The notes under the pieces were generated by a model, which saw nothing but the letters and a program-made list of their open reading frames with translations, was not told the origin of the DNA and ran no database searches. This document shows, in pieces, positions 39,124 to 52,900 of a stretch of 64,000 nt of DNA (position 1 is the stretch's first letter; every line of letters starts with the position of its first letter). This DNA is from Laetmonice hystrix (lineage: Eukaryota), in assembly GCA_965235115.1 (NCBI GenBank), contig OZ249436.1:49726001-49790000 (forward strand), in the 5' to 3' direction. The position numbers and the translations under genes are program-made.

Positions 39124-41566
39124 TTGTATAATACTGGGGACCGTGATGACTGATCCCCCCCCCTGTAATTTTTCACGTTTCACTCCCGCCCACTTCCCCC
39201 GCAGCGTCCCTCCCCAGGTGAAGATATCGTTAGTCTATATCGTCCCGACCACACCGAGTACCGCCCGGTGTCGGGTCGTCTGCAGTGGCCGGTCCAGTGT
39301 GGCACGCGGTATACGCGGGGGGTCTGGATGGTGCACTACCGGCGGAACTCTCACGGGCTCTCTTGGTATAGAGTGTACAGAATAAACACATTCGGATTTA
39401 CCGACAGTCATAATTTTCCTCGCGTTTATAGATCTAGCTTCGCCCGACCACGTGACAAGCCTATGGCATATAGGCCTGCATGTAACCTGACAACCTTACA
39501 GGACCCTTCCGGTAGGCCTGGGTCTGTCGATAGGCCTCAGGCTAAGTAGGATGACTACCCATGTCCTCCTAATAGGCTAATATGTCGGTTTATAACTGAT
39601 AGCATAGCAAGGGCATATTGTGCGCATGTAACCTACACCGAGGCCAGGCCTAGGCTCTTATATTTCAATAAAAGACAATTTTCGACATAGATCTAAGCCT
39701 AATCATCCTAGGCATAGGTCAAGGAGCCTACTCCAGACCGAGCAGTATTGAGAAAAGGCCTCTTTACTTATTCCATGGAGTCATCTAGGTATCCAGCATG
39801 TGGGTGATAACCAGATAGGCTATGAAAGTATTGAAGGCCATTGTGGACCGAAACATGCTACACCAGAGATTAGGGGACCTAACAGGTCTGCTCAAGTTTG
39901 CATTCGACTAGAATTTAAATGAACAAATTTCCTAAATTGGCAAACTGAATGCTTTGTATTTACAGGACTAGCGCCTACTTCTAGCATTGGATCCGTTAGA
40001 ACACGTCAAACAGTCGCCAGTTGTAACACCCATGGCATATGTTAGACTTGCTGCCCCTTACCGTTCAAGTTGCGTCGAGGTCACAAGTCATGTTGGAAAC
40101 ATTTGCTGTAATTTCCTTTACACCTAATACGTTCATTTCATCATCCATTCTACTATACATTACAAACATACTACCAAGCCCAGAAGAATAGATGACAGAT
40201 TATAAGCCTTGTTAAAAAAATATAAAAAATGACTGTACTAGATAATTGATTGTAGTGTACTGAGAGGCCAACATCAAAACCGTTTATATATCATTAAAAA
40301 TGATAGTTAAGAGGTCCCCCAGATTGCCCCGATACTCGTGCAGTGCTGCGTTTGTGTAGCAATATTAGTCCCAGTGGCGGAATGGGGGGGGGGGGGGGGG
40401 TTAAACCCCCCCTTATTTGCAACCAATTTTTCTTTTCCCCATACAACCTCCTGAATTTAACATGCTGACCCTCGATTAATCCCCAAACAACTTCTTCCGC
40501 TAACCTCCACAAAAATACTGGATTCGCCGCTGAGTCCTAGGCCTTAGTCAATGTACACTAAGTGTAGATTGTGACTTGTATAGTTTCAACTGGAATCTAC
40601 GGACTCACTGCCGAAAGTGAGTCAAAAGAGTAGGCCTACTTTGAAACTCACTCAATCGTGTGCACATGTACCAAGAAGACGTTCCTTGGGCTTGGGCGGG
40701 AGAGCCTGATGAATTCTCCTTCGTTAATAATAAACACAGCAGCAATTATTCAAACTGGCAGTCTATATATAGAAAGAGGACAAAAACATGTAGGTCTAGA
40801 ATCCCAAGCACTTTGCAAAATGTATGCTTCCTGTAGCTACATGTTCCAGTGGCAAGGGTTAGCGACTTCCGAAAGCGTTGTCTCGTTGAGCCTCGGACAG
40901 GACTACCGACTGCCTGCACACTCTGATCACACCCCGTGCTTCCCAGCGCCCGATACTTGCTCTCACTCCAAAGGGTGTTCTCGTCGTGCTGCTAGCGTTC
41001 AGTGAGAACCAAATTTTGAACAATAGGCCTAGGCCTACCATCTGATCATGGGCACACATGTACAACCTGGTGAAGGATAGGGCATGTTAGGAACATCGGC
41101 TAGAGACCTACCTGGTTGAGTGGCTGCATGCCTACTCGATAGGCCTAATTATTGGGCCCTAGCATTTTTGGGAATAGCCCCGGCTTCACGACATTAGGCT
41201 ATAGGTTGGCATCCAACCAAGCCACGGGGACTAATAAATTACCCTGTATCTGTTTGCCTATTTAGTGTGCCTAGCCCTAGTAGTCAGTACGACAGTAGAG
41301 TCTAGGACCGGTACATGTATCTGTTACTTAGGCTGTTGGACAGGCTAGGGTAAAAATAATGCTAGCCTGGCTTAGAAGTTAGAGTCCACAGGCCTGTTCT
41401 CCCGAAAAAATTTAGGCCTAGGCCTGGGAAACCCTTCTTTTCGCCCTGAATGCCCTGATGCTGTCCAAGTGACAATATATTATTAAATGGCCTAAATAAT
41501 GGGCAGTTAAAATAGGGCCTTTTCCTCATGCCGCCATGGGCCTATTTTGATGGCCCATGCATGTAC

Positions 41567-41716
41567 TCACGTGATCACAATATTTGTCTAATTTGCATAT
41601 GAGCCCCTGCGCATGCTCACTGAGTAAATGGTCCAGACGCCATATTGAAACATTAAAACGCTTCTGTGATCCTCGTGGAAGATATGCTAGAAACAATCTC
41701 GGCACAATACGTGAGT
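41567..41716 (+). promoter_or_regulatory. Candidate promoter and non-coding first exon for the downstream gene
   Basis: TCACGTGA, ATTTGCAT, TGCGCATGCTCA and CGCCAT within ~80 bp, followed by a consensus donor AC|GTGAGT at 41711. Confidence 0.4.
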
Positions 41717-44700
41717 ACTTCCATACCTTTTACGATCTATATGCTTTGGCTTCTATCTGACATTCGCGCTGGTGCATACTACACACGCTCAGCGTGTCTC
41801 GCTAAAATCAAACAAAGGATGGTTGAGCGGCCGGGTCCAGTGAGTGCGAGACCGGGAATGAATCGCTGATCAGTGGCTTCAACGTAGAAGCCATCCACTG
41901 AAACTGTGTGCTGTGGTACTCCTTTCTATAGCCCACCCTTGTGTCCAACTTGTGTGTAGATTGGTAAAATATTCACGCAGTAAACTGTAGATTAAAGCCA
42001 CATACGTACGGTCCCATTGCATATGGCTGCTCGCTCTGACAGCACTTGAGACGATCCCTCGCATCGGGTCACGTGACAGTGTACATGCAGATAAGAGGTA
42101 CTGACGGGGGTTTTGACTGTGTGACGTTATGCGGTCGCCACGTCGCGCCGACATTTGCGTCCCAACCCGGTCCAGCCGGGATTCCAGAATTTATCTTTTA
42201 TTGGAGTCAGGACCGTCTGATAATCATAATATATTATTCAGAAGAGAGAAATAAGGGGTGGGAATGAGATAGGCCTACTATTTAGGTCTCCATGCAAGAC
42301 CTATCACGTCAGACGCGTGTCCCATCCTACGATGTAGGACAAGGCCGTCAAAACGCGGAGGAGGAGGGGGGTGGTGTGTTGTAGATTTCCCTGCTCGATT
42401 TCTTTTCGATAATGTAGCTAAGGATAAATTTGTTCACTAGACTCTACTTTGACCCACTACCGATTCTAAGTTCTACCCCCCCCCTCCCCCCCAAACTTCC
42501 TATAGGCCTAGGCCTACCTTCACTGGAACACATCAATATGGGATCTAGGCCGAGGCAAATAGGCCTAACGTTAGGTCTACATACAGAGGCCTAAAAATTA
42601 GCAGGCTAATATTATTTTGCTATTTAATACTTTGCCTATGGTATGGTCGAAATGAGATTGCTTCGGACTTAAAGTTCTGATTTTAATAGGCCTATTATTA
42701 ACTTTTTGGGGGTTATTGGTTTCTTTGCTTTTTACAAGGTTATTTTTAACTTAGGCCTAGTTCCAGAATTCAGATCACAAATTTACACGTTCAACATAAG
42801 CCAGGATCGCCTCTCTAGGTTTAGGCTGGTTATCCCCCCTGTGGTAGGCTAAGTAATACGAGCCCCCACAAAATTAGGTAGGGGTGGGCCTAGCCTAGGC
42901 TAGGGCAGCCGTGGGGATCCGATATGGATCATAGGCCAAGACTTTTTGGGCATCAAGGTTAGGTTTTGGGGCTAGATTTTAGTTCTAATCACCAAATTTC
43001 GTACATTTTACCAAGGAGGATCTCTCCTAAGTCCTATAACCCCCTCCCCCGGGGGCCCCCGTGCAGCATTGAACTTCTTAGCGTCTATGCCGGACGGATC
43101 CAGACGCAATTTGTGACCAGTTCACATTGGCAGCTAAGCGAGTCCTGTCCGGGGGATAACGATGTAGGCCTACCCCTAGGCCTAAAAAATTATTTTTAAA
43201 AACTGGATGCCTGCATGCTTCACTTTAACCGGTCTGAATCCGCGCCTGCATACCGCCACGTCAGTGGAGTCAGGGCTGCTTGAAAATCTCCTCACATTGG
43301 CTTTAGCAAATTAGTAGGCCTGTAAGGCTGTATCAGTAGCTTCCATATTAGTCTGCTTTTGTTTTCTTGTCTTTCGTATCTAAACACAATAGGACTCGGA
43401 AGAATATTTACCCGGCCGTCTGTCTCTAGGTGGCCATTAGCCTACAGCGCGCCAGAGAGTACTGTATTGCCTATTGGGCGAACCCCATCAGAGCCTCGTC
43501 GAGTGCCACCGAGGGCCTGCACTCGTGCTGGGGCCTTGCAGCCATCATGGCAGGCGAAGAGCGCCTTCCTTTAAAAATGTCGCTCGTACAAGCTAACAAA
43601 ATTCAGCTGGTACCATGGGCATGACCTGAGATATTTGTGAAGGTCTTGATTAAAAATGATTTATCACCCAAAAAGGATAAGAATGAGTTAGGCTACTCAG
43701 CGTGACGTAGATGCAAGATGATAGAAAAGAATCGTCATGAGGACCTAGCCGCTAGCGCGTTTACAGCTCAGAGACTTGGCAAATGCTGCATTGTATATGT
43801 TTGTAAAGGAGTGGACTCTATCATGTCTATGTGCTGGGGTAGGCCTAGTGGTGCACATGGTTGAGAACCTGCCGTGGGCACCAAGTGAAACTCTGCAGTC
43901 AGTGTTATCCGGAGATCTCGATAATATTATAGGCCTAAGGCATTATTGAAAATGTCATACCATAACTGTGCACGTCTCATTCCCACTATCCCAACAAGCT
44001 GGCCCACTCCTTTTTGAGGATGTTGAACAATCATACGAACCCATGCACCCATGCAGGCCTTAACATTGCTAGTACACAATAGTAGATCTACACCTACTAT
44101 TTACTGTCCAAAGAACCTAAGCGGCCCGTGCTCTTGTCCAGGAATTATAAATTCCCTAAGTTGTGGCCACCATGCCATGGATCCTATCGCCAGACACAAC
44201 ATAGGTCTGCTGTGAGACTGGAGTTAGAAACAGACTAGTTCCTCGGTTATTGTGGAATACCCTGACTATTTTAGTTAAAAGGTAATCAAAGTAATTTCAC
44301 CAGTGCTCAGGATTGATTGGAAACCTCTAAGGTTATGCTATCGTTGCTTTCTCCTCCTCACAAAGACAATTTGTTAGTTTCAGGCCCGTTGGCTTGACCT
44401 AGTGGCAGTTTCTTTTGCAACTAGGCCTATTGTAAAAAGAACATTATAATATTAGGTCGTATGTTTCTCGTATAACCCGGCGTCTCCTTCATTAAATCTA
44501 CATGTTATTATAAATTAATTTACAAATTAATATTATCAGTACAGGGTTTACTATTTTAAAGAATGCAGTGTGAATTTTAGGATTTTTTTAAGGGGGGGGG
44601 GGGTGTCCAAGTTACCAATTTAGTGTTAACAAATCGACACTACCAGGGGAATACTGAAAATGTTGTCTGTTTTGCTTTGTTTTATGACATTGATTATTTG

Positions 44701-47700
44701 AATACACCAAGTCGGATTTTTTACGGTGTCCTCAAGTAAACCAATATTTCCCCCTTCAGTTATAGCTTTACAATAGGCCATGGAATTTGTGTGTAGTATA
44801 AGTGACTCCCATAATCAATAACACTGGTCATGTGATCAGTCAAGTTGGCTTCGTTGCGCTGCACTCTGGGTCACATTGACGTAAACAGATGCTGAGGAGT
44901 TCACAGTGGGCTGTAGTATTATAGGGCCCTGGCGGTAGACTGGCAGCTCACTGAGACTAGACTCGGGGTAATACCCTTTCCCTGACCCTCGCTTCTCATT
45001 GACAGTTAGGATCAGACCAGGCTGATTAGAACCCAGTATGTGAGGCTTTAAGTTTCAAATGTATGCGACAATGTCAGATCTATGGAGCTACAATGTCGGC
45101 TCTGGTACAGGCGAGGAAAAATGGTGGCCAAAGCATCGCAGGAATAAATTATTCAAATGACCTAGTCCGAACACCTCGCCATTATCTGTTTCCTGACGGG
45201 AGTTCCTACGGGACATGCCAGGTTTGGACGTCTACATCGCTGGACTGTCGGCAAGTTGGCTCTAGACCTCCTGGGTTTTGGACTCCAGAGGACCACACCT
45301 GGCTTGGAATTGGGGGATTAAAAATGAAACTAGTAGTCATGGCTGGCTAGTTGTTGGCTCATTGCAGAGCGACCAAGGCGTTGGCATATATTGTCTAGAA
45401 CCCGTGTTTCTGAAGTCACTAATTTAATGTTCATTTCAAGACTCTAGGCCTACAGCCATTATCGAGACTTACAATTTACAAGTTGAAACGATGTGACAAT
45501 ATTAGAACTGGGCGTTAATGAACTGAATATATTTAATCGGATCATCTGGTAATATATCAGTGCGATAAACCTCATATAGACGTGTATATATAGTAAAGTG
45601 TCGGCAGAATTCTGGAGTCGGTAAAAGTTGATAGTCCCGTTTCTCGTTTCCCCCCGTTCTTTTTAAATGCCTAAAGGCTGCCATATTCAATATGGTGACT
45701 GCCAACTGCATATGTCGGGCCCCCAGTTGAAGTTACGTCAGTGCGTCCAGTTTCAAGGAGACATCCTGTTTATACGAGTACATAGACTTTAAGGACGGAA
45801 ACATGGTATGAAACCCTCAAAGTGGGGACCAGAGGCAGGGGCCCAGACTTTGTTGCGATCCATGCGTGACGACAGTTGTTGTGGTGAGGCCGGGTTGCTA
45901 GGAGGCCAGTGGTGAGGCGGCCACTGCCTCATAGCCTCGTGTGTCTACCCAGTATACCCGCAGCACCGCCTATCGCTGCTGCTCGCCGCCTTCCCCAGCC
46001 GAACCATGCGGCATATATGCCACCCTATCCATCCACCAGGGCTAGCCCGCCTACAGGGCCATCGGGGTGGCCCTTTCCTCTTTCATTCGCCATACATTCA
46101 TTGAATAGAACTTTACTCTTTCTGTCTGTATTTATGTGTAATACATCAGACGTGGCTATCGAGCAATTAATGGTCACAGGGGCTTTATTTAGTAAATGAC
46201 AGTTCAACTTCAACTGTGCCGCCCAGGCTGAGCAGACAGAGCCGGCGGTGATAGGCCAACATAGAGGCCTGGATCGACTTAACCTGTCATTCGTTATTGT
46301 ATTTTCACCCAAGTTATCAACGAGGAAAATAACATTCCAGGTAATGAAAAAAATATTATGCAGTCCCCATTTTAAATTTTCCATTTTAGCCTGTTGTGGC
46401 AGCCATGTTGTCGCCACAGTGTTCCTGCTCGCCGAGTATTGAAGTAGGTCATGCCGGGGCAGTTGTAATCGTTGAGACGGACCCTGACAGTTGACGTAGC
46501 TCATTATGCATGAGGCAGGCCCAGACTTGGAAGGGTGGTTCTGCAGCCTGAGCACTGCATTATGGGAAATATGTCGCCAAGCTGTGACGACAGGTTGAAT
46601 GAAAAGTCTATTTTTAGCATAAATGGAACTCGTCCTTTCTTTGTCTTTTTTTTTAATTAATCAAAGATGACCACGTTTGACACAACTGGAGAAAAGAAGA
46701 AAAATATCACGAAAACTTTACACTTTTCCCTTTTTTTTGACTAAACGGGAGCTGATTTTGACTTATTATAATTTTCATGTAAAACGCTCATAATATTATT
46801 TGTTACAAAGTAAGCAATTTTAAAAGTATAATATGACGATTAATTGTCCACCTTTAATTGCCGTTTGCCCACTTATTTTGTTAGGGCTTCATTCCCCAGG
46901 TGTTATTCAATCGGAGAGAAGGTACTACTAAGAAGGTACCAACTGCTGTTGTCACTTGAATCGGGATAAATGGTACAACAGGAGCCCGGAAACCAACCGC
47001 CCGTCATGAGCTGACCTAGCTGGAAACAGGTGCTGAGTGCCCTGCACAGGAACTCAAGTGATCTGCAAATTGATCGTATACAGATAGACCTACATCATAC
47101 CATGGCCAAACAAATCTAATGGGTTTGGTACTACCACTAGATAGAAACGGGCGCTTTGGTTTTATATTGGACGATTTGATTGGATTGGCGGCCAAGTGAG
47201 TGGTGTTAGGTAGAGAGGACAGCCCTGAGCGCAAGGACCAAGGTGGCTTCCATCATCCAGCTCGCCACCAAACCGGCTGGGTCGAAGGCTTCCACCCAGG
47301 CGCGTTGTCGCTGCGCGCACGGACTCGGGCGCATATTACTACAGGAAGCACTGTTCACTGTAGGAAGTAGGGCACTCAGGCCAAACTAGGTCATCGGGGG
47401 GGGGGGGAGGTGTATCCCCTGAGTCACTTTCTTCAGTGGATACGAAAAGGACAAATAATCTTTTGGACCGGATTGAGGGCAGTGCCCACTAGTGTAAATC
47501 ATTGGTGTTTATCGTCTCTGAATATTTCACAAATTCCATAGTATACATAGATGTATTGGAAGGATAGCTTTAATGAAGAACTCAGCAGAAGGGATTAATG
47601 TTTTTTTTTGATTTTTTGGCCTGAAGTCTAACAAATAATGGACCTTCAGCCAGCCTATTTATAGTATTACTTTATTTTATACACAAAGGAAAGAAATTGT

Positions 47701-49989
47701 CCCTATAAATAGAACATACATAGGCTACTTGACAGGTGTTGGTACCGGGAAATGGACGTTGTGATTCCACGAACAATTGGCGGGGGGGGGGGGGGGGGGG
47801 GCAGCTGCTCTGGTGTAGATAAAGTGCTATAAACACATTCGTAATAGACTTACATAGTGGGAAGTTCGGTGCCTCATGAGGTCTACACTCGTTGGGTCTA
47901 CGCACGGAACGTTCGCATCCCCTAGTGGCGGACGACCTTGTTCATTGGCCTGAGACCGTCTGCGGGGTGACAGCTGGGGTCTCCGGAGAACATCACTGTT
48001 GGGGTTAGGAAGAGATGGAAAGATTGGGTTACCCCATAGGTAACCCACACAACTGGCGCCTCAGCGTCCAGGATACCATGACGTAATCATTCTTTCACTT
48101 GGCCGCATCTCCCACATGTACCGTACCCAAACCTTGGGCCATCATTTAAAAAAAGCAACTAAGGTAGACCCCCCCCCCCCCCCCCCCCATGCCTGTGTCA
48201 GTGTGTCAGTCAACCTGGCACTGAGCACCTTGACCAAATCATGGCGTATTTCATGGGAAAGCAACTAGTAGTATTAGATTTCTGGAACAAAATAATTCAT
48301 GGACAGGAAGTTATGCGTATACAAGGGTCTGGGAAATCCTCAAGTTGAGGATTTCTTTCATCTTGGCACCCCACTGAGGTAATGTGTTTTTTATGACCTC
48401 TTCACGACGCAGCAGCTGATAAGCTCTGATCGGGTTACGACTGGAGATCCCCCCACCCCCTACATCGGCACCCTAATTCCCGGGACCCCACCAACACAAG
48501 TCAACTGGTCAATCAGTCTCGGTAACGCCGCTGAGGGTCTGGATGGTCGAGACTGCTGGTCAATCTGCAGACAAGCCCAGTTCATGTAAAGATTATTTGA
48601 GATATCAAGCTGAAAATGTCACCAGATATTAGATCTAAGGACATTGAGGGGATTAGCCTACTGTCATTTTACAGAAGCGTGGGGTTTTGAAATATTTAAC
48701 GTCACAATCCGACAACTTGTTTTTTTTTTGCCCACCCGACAAGTTATGCCCACCCGACACCCATACAGGGACAAGTTGCCTTTAGTGAATATCAAAAATC
48801 AAAGAAATAATGTGTTTTAGAAATAGCGGAACAATTTCACCCGAGTCAAAGCGTGTAATATTCTGTTGAGCTCGAGTCCTATAAGGTCAGCTCGTTCATT
48901 TGTAGTCACAGGTCACTTCTAGGTCACAGGCTGCTGCATGACTGCAGCCTGACCCATCAAACTTCCCATTCCGGCGGTTGGGATCGTCATGGTTAACTTG
49001 GTGCCAGAACTGATAAGGAAGTGGTACCGACAATTTCCCTGTCCCTTGTACGCATAACTAATCTGTATGCCTATGCTTCAGTTTGGGGTTGGGGGTAGGA
49101 TGAGTAGAAATCCCCCCCCCCCCGAGTTGGTTTACTCAGGTACAAATTACTGTTAAACTTATTGCATTATGGAGTAGAAGTTTCGAAAAGCAATTTCCAA
49201 TGCACCGGACCTGTTTTTCACTTGGGGGAGCCCTGTAGACTGAGGTCATTTGTCTTATCTTTCTCATGTCCCACTTTACCGTCTGTTTAGAATGGCTGTC
49301 CAGATTTGGTAGCCCAGGGCAAGTAATTTCTATTTCCTACTGCCGACCAGGAAAAATATTTTCCTCCCAAACGTCAAAAAGTGCCATAATTCACTGAAGA
49401 GTCATCTGTTCTGTTCAGCCGGCTGGAGTTGACTTTTAGCGGCCAAGGGTTCATGATGGCGGCCTGCACTGTGCCAACCAAATGAGTGGGAGTGTTACAG
49501 TAGACGTCATCAGGGCCAAAGGAGCTGCTCATGTTGCCATTGCCAAATTGCTGGCATGGGGCTGTAGTGTAGGTGGTGCACATATTTAGCACCTCAACCT
49601 CGTACCCATTTTGTTATCTGAGAGCTTCTTCACAAACCCCAACTGATTAGGAAATGTTGGACACGAATGTTTATCAGAATTCAATCAGAGATGACGCAAT
49701 ATTTTGTGTACGTGCAAGATATCAGTGGGCCAGTAATTTACGTGGACTAATCCATGGATGTGGTCATAACGTCGATGCCCCCCACCCCCCCGATAAGATA
49801 AGCTTGGAATAAAAAAATTAGCCGTAAAAAGTCGGAAAAAAGGAGATTTATGCATAACATCTTTTGTTCTTTGAAAACAAAAGGGAGAGGTTTATACTTA
49901 GGTATTTTGTAGTTTACATTGTACTAATCATCAGATAAAACTACTTAACTCTCCCAATCAACAACAATATTTATTGTGTTTCTAGTGAG

Positions 49990-52900
49990 ATGGCGGCAGT
50001 GGAAGAGGCGGCTGTGGCTCCAAGTCTTAGTTGTAAGTTTCAAAATTTACGGTACTGCTAAAATCTGACAGTGTTTCGGTCAAATTAATACTTTTATAAG
50101 AGAAAGAAGCTCTTTATTGCCTGGGGACTCAGTATTCAGTTTTCTCATTCAAGCCCGCCGTACACTGTCACGACTTACCGGCTCCCGGTCCATGCAGTGT
50201 GATTGGCCAGGAGAACCGACCAGAGTCGGCGGTAATCGGGAACACGTACACTGTCCCGATTTTGGTCAACTACCGCCGAGCCGCTTTGTTCCCGATTCGT
50301 TTTGCGAATCGGCTCCGATTTGCTCCAACTGCAGTCGGGAGTGATCGGGAGCAGTCGGGAACCATGGTTACCAAACTCAATTTGGGCAAAATTACGGCGG
50401 GCACTAATAGTACTACGCCGCGTACTTGTTAAAGTATACTGTGTTCTCTCATTAAGATAGACTTCAATAGTAAGTAGGTATAGTGTTCTCCCCTAAGATA
50501 AATTTTAATAGTGCTACTTATATAGGTATACACGCACTGTTCTCCCATTGGGATAGATCTTACTAAAAAATGTAGGCAGTGTTCTCCCGTTAAAATAGGT
50601 ATTAATATTGTTCTACTTATAAAAGTATACAGTGTTCTCCCATTGAGATAGTAGATCTTAGTACTACTTATATAGGTAGACAGTGTTCTCCCGTTAAGAT
50701 AGGTCTCATAATAGTGTTACTTATAAAAGTATACAGTGTTCTCCCATTGAGATAGATCTTAGTACTACTTATATCTAGACAGTGTTCTCCCGTTAAAATA
50801 ACGGGGGGGGGGGGGGGGGGGGGTCGGGTGGCCGAGTGGTCAAAGGTGTTGGCTCATGACACCTAGGACCATCACCTCACACCGCTGCGGTCCGGGTTCG
50901 ATCCCCGGCCAGGGCTGCATGTGTGAACCGCCACCAAGAAAAACTGAAACTTTCATCATCATCTTCACCGCCGTGATATAACCCTGGCTGTCGCAAGGCG
51001 TTAAACTCCAAACCCCCCCCCCCCCCCCCCGTTAAAATAGGTCTTAATAGTACGTGTTCTCCCATTGAGATAGATCTTAGTACTACTGATATAGGTAGAC
51101 AGTGTTCTCCCGTTAACATAGGTCTTAATAGTGCTACTTATTATAAAATACAGTGTTCTCCCGTTGGGATAGAAATAGTACTTACCAGTAATACTTATAA
51201 AGGTAAACAGCACTGTTCTCCCTATAAAGATATGCTGTATGGCAATAGTACTACTTCTAAAGTTAGACAGTGTTCTCCGATTAAGATAGACTTTAATATT
51301 ACCTTACTACTACAAAGATAGTTTTTTTCCATTAAGGTAAATGTGTGACAACTTAAGAGGGACAAACACAACTCACTAACAAACAGCAACAAAAACAAAA
51401 CAGTATAGGAAACATGCCCTTTGATATAGCAGTTAACGCGTTTTCTTTGGAAAAAGGTCTTTAAAAGGGTAAATACATATTAAATCTTGGTCTTTCTATT
51501 TTGTTTTTCAGCACAGATACCGCCAGTTTCTCTTAAAAATACAGCAAGGAAGTCTACAAGTAAACCCCCCAATATATGGCCAGGTTCGAGTGGAGCAACA
51601 AAACTCAACATGAATGGTGTGGTTGAATCAGGACCTTCAATAAGTAACGGTGATTCGGCGACCAAGAGGCAGGGTGAACCACATGCTGTAGCCAACCCAG
51701 CAAAAGTTGCTCGCCTTCAAATAGAAGAGATGGAGCGGGATCAGGAAGAAATGACCCGAAAAGTGACGCGACATGAAACGGGCTCTTCTCATGAAAGTAA
51801 CGGGAGTGGTGATAATGGGCCAGCGAATGGAGAACTAGAAATAGTAGACGAATCTTCGCATTCCTCCAATCCAGTGAATTCTAGTGCAGAGGATACTGAT
51901 GGAAACACATCAGACAAAGTGAAGCAAAACTCAGAGACAGAACTTAAATCAGCAGGAAAAAGTGCATTGGCCATCACGGCAAATATGAAAGACTCATTTA
52001 AGGGCATCTTGAATGTGGCCATGGCCAAACTTGGTTCTCAGTCAGGACCTTGTAGTGGCCAATCTTCAGGTAGGTCCTCTCGTTGTTCAACACCAGACAC
52101 TAAAGTGAGTACATCGCAGCAATCCCTCCAAAACAGTGATTCAATGGGAAACATAGATAAAGGAAACTTGTTTGAGAAACTGAGCAACATAGCTGGTGAT
52201 TCCAGCCTCGTGTGTGAAAGTGTGGATGATACAACTTCAGCCAGTGAGAAAGGTAAGGTAATAATTTTAGAAAGTACTAGTATTTGAAAATAGTTTTCAG
52301 TAGACTGTTGAAGTAGTGTGATTACATTTGTAGATCTACCAAGGTTTTCGGAACTCCAAAGGAAGGGAAATTTTTGTTTAGGTGAAGAAGTTTCTCCAGG
52401 GGGCTTTTCACAAAACCTCTGCCTGGCAATATCTCTAAAAAAGTAGTTCGTTTTTAAAAGAGGAGCACGATACAAAGGACGCCTCGTTCACAGGCAGCAG
52501 CCTACTTTATGTCACTGTCAGACATATTCCTAGGCTAAATTAACACTTTCATCGCACGTAAATGATCTGTTCTTGGATACGCTAAACATTAGCTAGAAAT
52601 GGGGTACATTGAGTATATAACCTACTTATCTTTTCACCAGTGAGTACAACCAAAACATAAATCTGATGTGATATTAAGAGACTAAGCGCGGCCGACTGTC
52701 GGACCGGCAACAGACCAAAAATTGCAGGCCCTACAACCAAGCGACGGACGGTCCGACGCGCTTATTGAAACGGCCATATTGAAACACCCCCTGGTCATTG
52801 CCAGTGTGGATGCCTACATAAAACAAGTTGGGGACTAGGGAATGCCCTGCATTTCAGCATCGCCTGATTAGGAGTTGCTTGGCACTGTGGCATTTGGGTG

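Noticed and set aside
47260..47325. Possible HDV-like ribozyme (GGTGGC/GCCACC, CCAGC/GCTGG, CTGGGT/ACCCAG pairings)
   Set aside because: Helix order and the conserved L3/J4-2 residues do not fit the nested double pseudoknot.
50821..50915. tRNA gene
   Set aside because: A and B boxes are present, but there is no convincing cloverleaf or T-run terminator, and it is followed by a SINE body and flanked by a TSD.
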